DNA of 63,681 nt, counting the filler, from Collodictyon triciliatum (lineage: Eukaryota), in assembly GCA_043381765.1 (NCBI GenBank). It is 11 parts of 11 records of this genome, joined end to end, with 100 filler letters (N's around TTAATTAATTAA, not from the genome) between each part and the next. Parts side by side here need not be neighbours in the genome. Positions count along the whole stretch, not along the records: positions 1 to 5,498 come from JBHJMP010005150.1; positions 5,599 to 11,088 come from JBHJMP010005151.1; positions 11,189 to 16,674 come from JBHJMP010005152.1; 8 more parts are not named here. One strand, given 5' to 3'. Numbering within the stretch: the stretch's first letter is position 1; each line of letters starts with the position of its first letter. Below the pieces are notes generated by a model, which saw only the letters and a list, made by a program, of their open reading frames with translations, did not search any database and was not told the origin of the DNA. Positions 1-11,949 of this stretch are shown piece after piece. The position numbers and the translations under genes were made by a program.

Positions 1-250
1 TAAAGAAAAGAAAAAGAAAAAGAAAAAGAAAAAGAAAAAGAAAAAGAAAAAGAAAAAGAAAAAGAAAAAGAAAAAGAAAAAGAAAAAGAAAAAGAAAAAG
101 AAAAGAAAAAGAAAAAGAAAAGATAAAGAAAAAGAAAAGAAAAGATAAAGAAAAAGAAAAGAAAAGATAAAGAAAAAGAAAAGAAAAGAAAAAGAAAAGA
201 AAAAGAAAAAAGAAGAAAAGAAGAAAAGAATAAAAAGAATAAAAAGAATA
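1..250. repeat. (AAAAAG)n-type A/G-rich microsatellite
   Basis: Direct reading of the sequence. Confidence 0.95.
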
Positions 251-283
251 AATAACAAATGATGTACATACCAGTGCTCAGCC

Positions 284-3200
284 ATGAGCGAAACCACCGA
301 GACGACCGAACTGAGCGAGCCGCGCGCGTACAGCTTCACGGTCGGGCATTCGCACACGCCACTGCGCCGAAAGTCCTCCGAGTCTGCCCACCAAATCGAC
401 CCAGCAAATCCACGCGCCGCCGAATCGCCGACGACTCCAAACCACACGCTTCTTCCGAGCGGCAAAGTGCGCGCCTCCACCATCGATCACGGGCTGCTCG
501 CTCGGCAGGAAGAATACTCTGAGTTCGCGGCCGAGATTGCAGAGTACTTTTCACGCAGACGAAACCCGCCTCACGAGACATTCGGACCCGGGACCCGACT
601 CGGCAAAGGCGCTCAAAGCACACACGACTCGGGCTCTGCTGAGCGTGGCCCGGAAGAGGCAGGATTGTCGGATGCCCCGGTCAAGGCTTCGCCCCAGATG
701 GCCCGACTCGGCAAAGGCCCGCTTCATCGCAAGCAAAACTCCCTGGGCAATGTCCTGGCCCATCCGCAGCATTCTCTGTCCGATGCAAGCCGCCCAGATG
801 CAAAGGCGATGGCTTCCGGCTCTGCTCCGAATCAGTCCAAGTGGGAGGCCGCTTCATGGCAGCAGAGCTCGATGCTTGCCATGGCGATGTCGCCGAAGGG
901 ATATACCGGCTCGCAAGTGGGTTCTGAAAGCAGTGCCGGCAATGCCCAGAACATGGGTGGGCTGCAGAGGGAGATTGCCGCAAAGCAGCTCAAGCACCTG
1001 TGGTTTGCTGTCGGTCCATCTGGGCGCAGAGAAGACACTCAGTATATGTCATCGGCGTCTGTTTCCGTCTCGTCCTCGCTGCATGAATCATGTGGGGTTT
1101 TCGAGCGCAACTCTATTCGTGTGCTGCTTCATGAATCGCAGGTGGATCTGATGCGTGGGTTGGACCAGGATGACCCTTCCAGAACAATACGCTTGGAGTT
1201 TGATAGGCATGTTATATATCAACTACAGATACCTTTCTTCTACTTTTCTTTTTCTTTGCTATGATGCTTTTTCTTTTTCTTTTTCTTTTTCTTTGCTATG
1301 ATGCTTTGATCGTGAGGTAATATGTGTCTTGGTATGATAGTTTATCATATTTTTTTATTCTCAAAAATAACTAAATGAGGTTATCTTGAGGTCAGGTTTC
1401 TTCCTCTTTGCATTTATTCCATATTATCAAAATCACGTTTTAGTCATGATTCTTTTTTATTCTTCCTTTCAACTTTTGTGCAGGACCGTGGGGTAGTCAT
1501 GATTTTCTTATTTTTTTTCTCCATTAAATCAGGTTCATGAGTGAATCAGAGGACAACATTAGTTGTGATGACGATTCAAGCTCAGAGTCCGACATTGAAT
1601 CTCCCCAAAATAGTGCAGGTTAACACTTTTTTTATACTTTTTTATCCATTATATATACATTTCTTTATTTACTTACATCTCAGATAGTCAAATAATGAAT
1701 ATGTGATGTTTTTTTTTTTCATCTTTGTAATTTTTTTCCATTATTCGATTCAAAGTACATCGTTTTAAAATTGAAAAAGGATAAGAAAAAAGAGCATGGT
1801 AGATATTTTCATGAAACATCCTATGCTCTACCTCATGCCTTTAACAAAAACTTATTAGGGATAGAAATACCCGCAAGAAACACTGACCCACACGCATCAA
1901 AAACTCCATACAACGAAGAGTCCCCAAAGGAATACCGCAGAAGATTTACTGATCGAAGCTTGTTCAATATGTCGATGTCTTCATATCCGAGCTCGCTTCG
2001 ATCTTCGATTATAACCGATAAAATATTTGGTGGATATGCCCTAGATTTCACAAGCTTCTTCACGCCACTATCGTATGACGACCAGTCATACAATCTTCTC
2101 AATGAAACAGAGAACAAACAAGAATATTTAAGTTCTACAGGAGGAAGTTCCGTGTCCAAAACTCAAGCAACAATTATTCCAAATTATGGATACAGGCGCC
2201 CCAAAGGTTTTCTATTCTTATTTTTAATTTTTTTTATTTAGTATCGTTATTCGTTTCCCCTGTCCTTCTCTTATCTTAATTTTCTATCTCCTCCTTTTTT
2301 CAAATGCCATAAATATTTACCATTAGTGCAAACATGTTGACCAAACATTACTATCCCATCATCTATGTTCTTTATAGGGAGCATGGTCGCTGAAGGAAAA
2401 TACCCTATGCCACAAAAATCTGCCAATGAAAGAAAAGAGCCTGTACGTCATTATTTTCCAGTTATTTTACATATGTCTTCTATTCAAGCATTATACGCAA
2501 CCAACACAACACAAATAAAAAAGTGTAAACTTCTCTGCTTGTTGCTGCAGCTTTTCACCACATAGAAATGATTTTAGGCATACATTTTGGGCCTTTTTTC
2601 ACTTTCCACCATAAATTCATCGAAAGTGAAACCAATTTCTTCATAAAATTGATATATATATGCCTTAAACAACCGTGGAATTATAGGAAGTTATTCCAAG
2701 GAACCGATTGAAGAAATTGCTTCACGTGTACCAATCATCCGCGCTTAAAAAAAAGGGCATCAAAAAAGAAATCGTCAAGAAACTAGCATTAAAAAAACAA
2801 GAGGTTTCCAATTTTATTTTTGCAAGAGAATATGCCATCTGATGCAGTTTACGAAGAACGTTGCATGAACATTTTTTTCAACTCATTTGATACAGATTCA
2901 TGAAGAATTTGGTCAACTTATTCGATGGCAAGCAGTTCAAACTATACACACGTATGATTTTATGTGAAAACTACTGACGCTGATAATAAAATATCGATTT
3001 TTTTTTTTATAGATTATTTAAAAATTACATCAGCCCTATTATAGATTCGCACTATCCTCACTGAATCGCGATGATTAATTTATTTATATTGTATTTTTAA
3101 AATTTGTAAACATAGATACAGAATCTACTCACAGTACCAAATATTGTCCATGAATCTTCGCATCCAATTACTGGATATGGCATTAAATGAGATGGAAAAA

Positions 3201-5341
3201 ATAATTGAGCAAATCACTATATTACTGAAGGATAATCAAAAAGTAATTCAACTGAATACAAAATCCTAAAGTCCATAAGGCGCACACATTCACCATCCTG
3301 CACAAAATTGAAAGGAAGAATAAAAAAAAATAAGTAAATAAGGCGCACACATATGATTAGCATCCATATTAGATTGGTTTGCTGAAATGATTTCGTTCCA
3401 TTAGACATACAATGGTTCTCATTTTCCCGAACCGTCTGCTTTAATGAAGAAAAAGCCTGCTTATTTGAGGACTGTAAAAGAAATAGAGGTAAACCACTTG
3501 GTTCTTTAGCGAGCTCTGACTCACATTGAAAAAAAAAGTACGATGATTTAAAAGAAGCAAACCGAAGAAATACGTTAATTTCATGCCTATACACATCGAG
3601 GCACATCGTTGTCACTATTTTTCGTTATAGATTATCGGGGTTTCATTTTCTTCATTTATACCAACCAATCATATCCCTTTTAGTTCCTTGATGAAAAGCT
3701 GAGCGCCATGGGACCACAATGGATTCTTTTGAAGAAGATGATTATATCACCAACCGCGGTTCGCTATAATTTTATACGGTGAGCTTATTTATACAAAATG
3801 AAAAGCTTAACTGATTAATAATACATGAATAAATACATGAATAAATAAGTCTAAAATGAAAGAGAAATCAACAAAAAAAATCTAGCCAGTTTAGAATCGA
3901 TGGTAACGAAAAAAAAGCACTATTTCCTCCATCTTTATGCTGATATCCGTTCATGGTAAAGGGAAATAGTTTTGGGTACACATCACTTACCCGAAGTTGG
4001 GTACCATGCAAATGATCGAAATATGCAGGATTATTTTGAAAAACTTGTGATGGACGAGCGTACAGCCGAAGGTATGCTAAGCATGAAGCAAGCTCCGCTT
4101 TCATCTGATTCTTGAATACTTTAGCATCAATATATGTCAAAGGCGTTGTGCATCCCTTGGCTGTATTAATATTTTCGCCTTTGGAATATCCGCTTGTAAT
4201 ATTTTAGTAGCGTGATTATTTTTTTTTTATATCTTGCTTTTTTTTCTTTTTGTACAGGGAAGAGGATTCGGCAACTGATTATTTTCTTAAAGAGTAAACA
4301 GTCCCACACAGTCAATCCAGGCGACGTCTCTTTGTTCTTGAATGTAATTCCATATTAGAAATGATGAGTCACAAGGCACACGAAAAGAAAATAATTATAC
4401 AATTGATGACACATTAGAGTTGTAACCGCCTATCTAAACGAAAATGATAATTAACTGGAGTTCCTCGACAAACATAGGATTTGGCTGATCAAATCTTGGG
4501 AGAGTGCAAGCTGAGTGGAGAAAAGGAAAGATCTGTTCTGAGACTCTATCTTTATCGTACGGTTTATCCTAGAATAATAGACTTCTGCAGGCAGTATGAA
4601 ACGTACGCTTTTTTTTCTTTTTACCCTTATGACTTTTCAAATATCAATATATCTTACGCATCAGTAGATTGTAATAATAGATGAAGCTGAAAATAATACA
4701 TAGGTAAGACGAGTAACATTATGTTGTATTTTAGAGAGGAAGAGCTTAATGATGATATCGCCCTCTACAAAAAAAAGCGATGGCTGGACAGTCTTACGTA
4801 CAAACAAATGGACGTTAGCATCAGTGTATTCTTTTAGCCTTGATTTTCTACATAAGTATAACAAAGTCATAGGCGCACATTGTAATACATAATCTCCCCT
4901 TCACACCGTTTATCATATTTAAGCACAAAGAATAGAATGAGAAGTATTGATAGTGACCGCGCATGGAAACATTTTCGATGAGTTTCCTTTAATGCATACA
5001 ATATCTGGGCCTTTTAGTTTTTCGATAATGAAGAGGCAGCCACAAAATGTTTTGAAAAAACATCAAACGTTTTAACGCAGTGTGGCCTAGAATGTGTAAG
5101 ATGTTAGTTCGCAATAAATGATTATTTCTTTTTTGTATGTCGGTTTTGAGGTTAAAAAAAATCAATGAAAGGTGCATTACTCTCTTGTCGACCGCATAGA
5201 ATGACTCAAACCACTTCTTATTGGGTTTAGTCTCCCACTCACCACCTCGTCAAACAGGTCCCAACCGACATGTTGTATCATATATACGCTGCAGCTAAAC
5301 TTATTGCGAGCAGTGCAAACCAAAATATGGCAAAAGGAATG
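284..5341 (+). CDS. Multi-exon gene, Ser-rich N-terminus and probable C-terminal VPS9 (Rab5-GEF) helical bundle/domain; 3'-truncated by contig end
   Basis: Exons join through splice sites, e.g. 284-1206, 1533-1618, then EVIPRNRLKKLLHVYQ, YRIYSQYQILSMNLRIQLL, DYFEKLVMDERTAEG, DLADQILGECKL...LYRTVYPRIIDF, EEELNDDIALYKKKRWLDSLTYKQMDV, FEKTSNVLTQCGLEC, VPTDMLYHIYAAAKLI. The last segments resemble the VPS9 pattern (LY..vf...D..L..ki..L..lt..qldi; P.dkl..I......I). Domain call is by eye. Confidence 0.55.
1452..1493 (-). mobile_element. Extremely 5'-truncated LINE 3' end in an intron, 11-bp TSD (TAGTCATGATT at 1441-1451 and 1494-1504)
   Basis: Reverse complement reads ...GTCCTGCACAAAAGTTGAAAGGAAGAATAAAAAA, matching the other LINE tails, and is flanked by a perfect direct repeat. 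Confidence 0.8.
3290..3337 (+). mobile_element. 48-bp 5'-truncated LINE 3' end in an intron, 15-bp TSD (ATAAGGCGCACACAT at 3275-3289 and 3338-3352)
   Basis: TCACCATCCTGCACAAAATTGAAAGGAAGAATAAAAAAAAA matches the terminus of the longer copies at ~31440 and ~62670. The flanking direct repeat is perfect. Confidence 0.88.
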
Positions 5342-5382
5342 GGTAATAGCACAACTATTGGAATCCAACACGATACATTATA

Positions 5383-5498
5383 TAACATAACATAACATAA
5401 CATAACATAACATAACATAACATAACATAACATAACATAACATAACATAACATAACATAACATAACATAACATAACATAACATGAAGAAACATAACAT
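5383..5498. repeat. (ATAAC)n microsatellite at contig end
   Basis: Direct reading. Confidence 0.95.
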
Positions 5499-5598
5499 NN
5501 NNNNNNNNNNNNNNNNNNNNNNNNNNNNNNNNNNNNNNNNNNTTAATTAATTAANNNNNNNNNNNNNNNNNNNNNNNNNNNNNNNNNNNNNNNNNNNN
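5499..5598. other. Artificial contig-joining linker (44N-TTAATTAATTAA-44N); identical linkers at 11089-11188, 16675-16774, 19762-19861, 25347-25446, 30932-31031, 36513-36612, 46946-47045, 52527-52626, 58102-58201
   Basis: Ten identical 100-bp spacers whose core gives stops in all six frames. Flanking contigs are mostly 5475-5498 bp, and genes are cut off at the linkers. Confidence 0.97.

Positions 5599-5690
<92 letters not shown>
5599..5690. repeat. (AAT)n microsatellite
   Basis: Direct reading. Confidence 0.95.
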
Positions 5691-5691
<1 letters not shown>

Positions 5692-6123
5692 GTAAAAAAG
5701 AAAAGAAAAATTGCTTTCAGAAGGTTTCCAATATATATCAGAGTCTGGGATGCTGCTTTCGAATATTGTATGGGCGGCACTTGTCCCAGTACTGGGGCCG
5801 CCGGAAATAGATTGTAAGTCCTGATCTTCGTGCGTCGGACTTGCCCAGCCATGCGTAGCAGGATCTGGACAATCAGATTGCAAAAAAAACATAACGGAAA
5901 TTATTATTTCCAGATATAGAGTACACACATATGTAAATAATCAGGTGCCGGTATAATACATATTTGTATAATGCATATGTACGAATGGAACCTATGCGAT
6001 TCTCCAGGCTTCTGTGTGCGGTCATTACCCATCGGATGTCAAAAAGCGCCGCAAAAAGTCGGATCAAGAACCGTGCAAACTTATATGCAAAAGGCCGGAG
6101 GCTCCGCTCCTTGACTTCCACCC

Positions 6124-7979
6124 ATGATGACGAACCTCTTGCAACCTTTCAACAGCTGCTCCATGATTCCGAGTCACTCGGGCCACGGGCATCCTGAACA
6201 ACCTTCGGACTACCAGGGAATATACCCGACAAGCAACCCAAATACGCAACTGAACGGCTCAACATGTTCTACCTCGTTTGAGCCGGCTTCTCCCTCTGCT
6301 CCAATAGCAACACCGTCCATTATGGCACACGGCGGCGGCATTCATCCCAACCTAGACTCTTCTGCTCGGCATATGTCACTCTCATCATATCCTCTCACGT
6401 TTAACCACGGACAGATGAACCCCATCCTTGGGACACCAACAGACTTTGTGAGTTTTTATTCATTTATTTCTTGACTTTTCTAATTAATCGTTTTGTTTTG
6501 TTTTGTTTTGTTTTGTTTTGTTTGTTTGTTTGTTTGTTTGTTTGTTTGTTTGTTTGTTTGTTTGTTTGTTTGTTTGTTTGTTTGTTTGTTTGTTTGTTTG
6601 TTTGTTTGTTTGTAAAATTAAAACCTAAGGCACAGGCCGATAGAGATGTATTTTTTTCAATTATTCTGTATTCTCTTGTCTGGCTCTTGGTTTCAAATAT
6701 AATACCTATTATATTTTACGTAGAATCCAACACCAACTCACAACAAATCACCCCCAACCCACCCGATGATCGGAAACATGGGATTATTTCACCAAGATAG
6801 AGATCCAGGGAGAGACTTTTCCCAGGGTCCCATCTCATTTGAATACCCTGCATATGGTACTGTAATCTCATTCATGCGCATGATATAAATTACAAGTCTT
6901 TCTTTAAATTTTGCCAAAAAAAAGCATCCGATTGGAATTCGCTTCTATATATTCTCCTTCTATCTTTACTTTTGTTTGTGCTTTGTTTTGTGTATCTCAG
7001 TTAATTACACATAACCGAAGATTTAAGATCCAATCTTGTCTTAATCCCTTACCGGCCATATTGTCATGCAATCAATGCTCTTGAATAGTAGATGAGTCCC
7101 AAGTAGCACACCTTCTTCCTCATTCTAACGGGTTTCCCAGTATGAATTCCATTCCAAACTTGCCTCATCGCGTAGAAAGTAGCTTTTCTTACAGCAATGT
7201 TTTGACGTCTCCACTCGAGAACGGAGTGTACGATTACGAGAGAGGCTTAGTCAATCAACCCCGAGATCGAGGCACACCACGTGTGAATGGGATGATGCCC
7301 ATATCATACTCATCTTTCCATCAGCCAGCAGACCAGCATTTAGTTTATCAGCAGCACGGCCGTTTTATGCAGCAAACTCAAAACCACCACAACCAAGGAT
7401 ACTTTCATCCGATACAAACCAACCCTCAGATTTTCTATCAGCACCACATCCACCATATTCCCCAACTACCTACCTACTTTTCGGAACAGATTGCCACTAT
7501 CGAGCAGTATTCGAAGGAAAAAGAGTCCATGGCACGAGACAGTATTCTGCGTACCAATAAGATTAGCATTTCTGTCATAAAGAAGTCAGGGAAATCGATC
7601 GACACAGGTGAATTCCTAAACATACTGATACGTCAACTTTTATTGTGGTCTTATTTGTCATATTTTTTATGTTATCTTCGTTAACAAGAGTCAGTAAGGG
7701 TTTTTTTTTCTTTATATAAGCGGGTTGATCGTAAAAAGTGTCATCACTTTGTATACACCCCTTTTCAATTTTGATGATGGTCTTATGTTAGGGTGCCAGG
7801 AGAAAATCACCACTGTCTTTAGCAGGGACGCTTCTTTCTACAAGGATGTCCAGAAAATCAACGAAATATCCAGCAAATCATCCACTGTTGGGAAAGTCTC
7901 TGTTCCAGTAACAAAGAAATCTCGCAAAAGGAATTTGAATTACGAAGGTGTGGCGAGTCTGATATCATCACTTACCTAA
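6124..7979 (+). CDS. Uncharacterised low-complexity (S/P/Q/H-rich) protein with a basic C-terminal patch (KKSRKR), possibly nuclear; multi-exon, start uncertain
   Basis: ORFs 6124-6474, 7142-7684 and 7725-7979 are bounded by GT/AG sites (e.g. GACTTT|GTGAGT, GACACAG|GTGAAT, TTAG|GGTGCC). No recognisable domain. Confidence 0.5.
6490..6612. repeat. (GTTTT)/(GTTT)n intronic microsatellite
   Basis: Direct reading. Confidence 0.95.
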
Positions 7980-9238
7980 AGCAATCTATTATGCAAAATT
8001 CCCTATCAATACATTCATGACATTATGTATACATGTTTAGATATAAAATGAAGCAACGTAATTCGCACATATTTTGTGTCACTAATATGTCTTTTTATTG
8101 TCATAACCCAACTTTTCCATGATAGAAGCACGCAACACGAGTGGTATCCAGCCAGCTTCAGCACCTCTGAGCCACACTCAATATTAAATTGAATGTGCCC
8201 AGAAGAAAATATTACCACTGCCATTAAAATATAGCAATAACAATATCAAGAGTAATAAAAGCAATAGTACTTTAAATAAAAAATAGCAATAGAAATTAAA
8301 ATAATAGAAATAGAAATGCGAATAATCTGAGTGATAATCAAAAGATTTTAGACATTAAAGAACCCTTTTATGTTTATTTAGATGTATCCATGTCATATAT
8401 TTACTTTATTCGATTATAGTTCATGAGAATTAAGCAATATAAAGAAGGAGAGCCAGGTCCTCATGGGAGAGAGTGAACACGAGTAGGAGAATACGCTACT
8501 GTGGTGATGCTGGCACTGGAAAGAAATCAGTGATAGCGAGTTGGTCAGGTGGGCGTCCCAACTGATTGATTGGTTACGTGGGTAGCAGGGGTTGGATGTG
8601 CTGTGGGATATATCACACGACACATTCCCACATCTCTCTTCGCTTGCAGTCAGAGTAGCGGAATATGCAGGCGTGTTTCCAGCAAGCTGTTCAGGAAACT
8701 GTATTGCACGAGACATTCAAGCCTGGATACATTGATTTCTCGTTCAATATAATCATTGAAGCGAGAGAATGCGCGCACACTCCATAAAGACCACAGCATA
8801 TGTCCCCTTGTGACTGTCCAGAGTTTTGCTTAGAACTTTTATATACAAACTACATGTAAATGGAAATGTTTACTGCAGAAAGGTGAAAAATACAGCAAAA
8901 ATAATGTATCGAAAATCTCTCAGGAGCACCCAGTAGCAAACGTAAAAGGAAAACCAGAGATGTAATCCCAGCGAGATGGTGCGGTGTGGGTCTGCGATGA
9001 GCTGCTATCTTAACTCCACATTTAGCATTCGGCTGAATACACGCTCAACTGTTGAATCCAAAGGCAGAAGCGCAAACGGGATTACGCCACAAGAAAAGAT
9101 TCCTTTCGAAATACTGAGAAAAACTGAGGAAAATAACTGAGAAAAACTGAGAAAAATAGCAGAGTAAAACTTGACCTGCTTCTACACCGGCGATCGAGTG
9201 CCTAACCCGTTCTAACCAAGCTTGAAAAGTAGAAAGGA

Positions 9239-10921
9239 ATGCACTCGTCAACTGACCCTCCTAAAAGAGATATGCAAACTGCAAACCCTGCCGATTTTGG
9301 AGAGGCCGTTGGGTCGCAAGTGAGCCAACAGGGTCGCTCTACCTTACGGCGCCTCAAGTTGGAACTAGGCTATTTATATTCGTTCACGTCGCACGATTCA
9401 GATCATTTGTTTGCTGGGTTGAAGAAGTTGACATTGCATCATTGCAGTATTGTTGACATGTCTCTAAAAATTCCTCTATTGTCCTCTCTTGAGTTCCTGG
9501 ACATCAGATGTCATATTACTTTACTACCTACAGAGATAACTCTACTGACTGGTCTGACCTATCTGCGCATGAGAGAATGTGAGTTAACTAATTTTCCAGA
9601 GGAGATCGGCGCTCTCACGAGGCTTGCTTGTCTCCAGTTGGACTATAACAACCTTGTGCATATAAGCCCAGTAATATCAAACCTCACCAGACTCTCATAC
9701 TTTAGTGTAAATGGAAATGATATAAGTACTTTACCGATAGAGATATCGGTTTTGACTAGATTAAAAGAACTGAATTATTCGAGATGCTCAGCGATGGTGC
9801 CCCCTCAGGCAATATCTGGTCTAAAACTCTTGGAGAGAATCATAGCCTCCATGAACTCTGAAGAGTCAATCAAACAATTGAATGCACCTTCAGTCACTTT
9901 TCTAGATATTTCAAGGTGCTATGTTGATCAATTACATTCAAACTTTGAGACTTTCACGGCCTTGAGAGAATTCAAGGCTATTCACTGCAGGTTATCATCC
10001 TTGCCAAAGGGATTTTCTTGTTTGACCCATCTGGAAGCAATTGATTTTCATGAGAACAACTTTTCCAGTATTCCACCAGAGATTTTTTCCCTTGTCAAGC
10101 TTCGCCAGCTTCTTTTGGGAGATAATTACATTTCGTACATACCTCATCAGATATCGTCTCTAACCAAGCTAACAGTTTTAAATTTTGAATTCAACACTGT
10201 TAGTTTTTTTTTTTTATTTTTTCATTTTTAATTCATCGAATGATACACCGAAACATCACATGTAATACATATTGAGAAGAAGAATAAAAAAAAAAGTATA
10301 AACATTTTGTGGGCATTCCGTTCACCCTTCTCTTTTCTTCGATACGCAGATACTCTCCATACCAGAGGAACTTTTAGAATTGAAGAGAATCAAACATTTC
10401 AGTATTTACTCTAGGGAATCCAGAGAGCATAATGTTAAAATATCAATTAAGGCGCTTAATTGTTCTTTTTTCAAGGATGGGTATATGCATGGGGTCCTTT
10501 TCGATATTTATGATTCATATCATTCAAACAAAGGACTGTCATGTGTGTCAGAGTTTATTGAAACATGGAAAAATATTACATCGATCGATCTGTCTTTCAA
10601 TAAGGTAAGCTTGATAAGTCAATCAAAGTAGCTATTCCGATGCAAGTATCATCTTTATTGACCCTCTTTGTGATTTCAAAAAGATAGTTTCACTTCCGGA
10701 TGCATTCAGTCAGCTCCAAGATTTGAAAAAGTTATGCTTGGCCAGTAATCAAGTCTGCTTCAATGTTTTACAAATTTTGAATCTATAAAAATTGCTATAG
10801 GAACGGCCATTAACTATTCCAAAATAATTGAATTACTTGATATTACTGACAGATAAAGGAATTTCCGCCTTGCCTCTTGCATATCCATGTACTTGAATAT
10901 TTAGATTTGTCAGACAATAGG
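9239..10921 (+). CDS. Leucine-rich-repeat protein (23-aa LxxLxLxxNxL..lP.ei..L repeats); 3'-truncated
   Basis: 330-aa ORF with repeats such as LTRLACLQLDYNNLVHISPVISNL and LVKLRQLLLGDNYISYIPHQISSL. It continues in exons ~10350-10604, ~10685-10752 (SLPDAFSQLQDLKKLCLASNQ) and ~10852-10921. Confidence 0.9.
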
Positions 10922-11949
10922 GTGAGAGCCTTTACCGAAAAAGTGATATATAACATGACTTTCAGATGCTCCCATCCCGCCCCTTTGTATGGCATAACCT
11001 CGCTACACTTTGAATCGAATAAAGGGGGGGGGGGGGGGGGGGGGGGGAGAAATCACTCTTAGTAGAAGATAGAGAAACATTTTTTTTTNNNNNNNNNNNN
11101 NNNNNNNNNNNNNNNNNNNNNNNNNNNNNNNNTTAATTAATTAANNNNNNNNNNNNNNNNNNNNNNNNNNNNNNNNNNNNNNNNNNNNAAATCATTTCAC
11201 TCGGAGAAACGAACAAGGTCTAGTAAGGTGAGGGGTATGGGTGTGAAGCTGTGGACAAAAGATTGCAGTTCGGTCAAGGGGGAGGGGGGGGTGTATTATT
11301 CAGCGGCAAACTGGTTTTTAGCGGGGATATGGTATGTGTTTTTCGATTTGGACATAATAATGGTTCATATTTTGGTTTGTTGGTTTTTTAAAATTCACAT
11401 TTGATGCAAAAGTGTATCTATTGATTTAATTAAAACGGAATTTAATACACGGTTACCAAGAATCTGCAGATAACTAAGCTTCTCTAGTAGATACGCAATT
11501 TAAAGATTTTTTTGTAGATTAATATTCATGAGGCTATACATAATACGATTATTGTAAAATAAACGACGTTACATGACGATTCTGTATGCAGACCATTCAT
11601 CTCGATTAAAATTTATTAGCGAATATATAGCTTATATTATTGTATTTATTTTAAATATTACAATATTGATTCCATGTATTTTATGCTAGGATAAAATCTA
11701 TCAACTAAATAATGAAATAACTAGCATGGCCAGACTCCCATGATAATTCTTAATTTTATAGATTTTGTACTATCATTATTAGTAATGGTTTTACAAGGGA
11801 AATATTTTTAATTATAAACTATTCGACTTTATACATGCTATATTTTATATGTTAGATAGGCAATCTTTTCAAATTAAATAAAGCCTCCTTACCGCAAAAA
11901 AGGATATATTACTCTCGATTACAAAAATTTACAACGAATATTATTTTAT

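Noticed and set aside
594-718. 17-bp direct repeat CCCGACTCGGCAAAGGC (RLGKG twice)
   Set aside because: Only two copies inside a coding exon; a short peptide duplication, not an array.
3868-4140. Minus-strand ORF with YPKLFPF, superficially Helitron Rep-like
   Set aside because: It is antisense to in-frame plus-strand exons of the VPS9-like gene, and no other Rep or helicase motifs are present.
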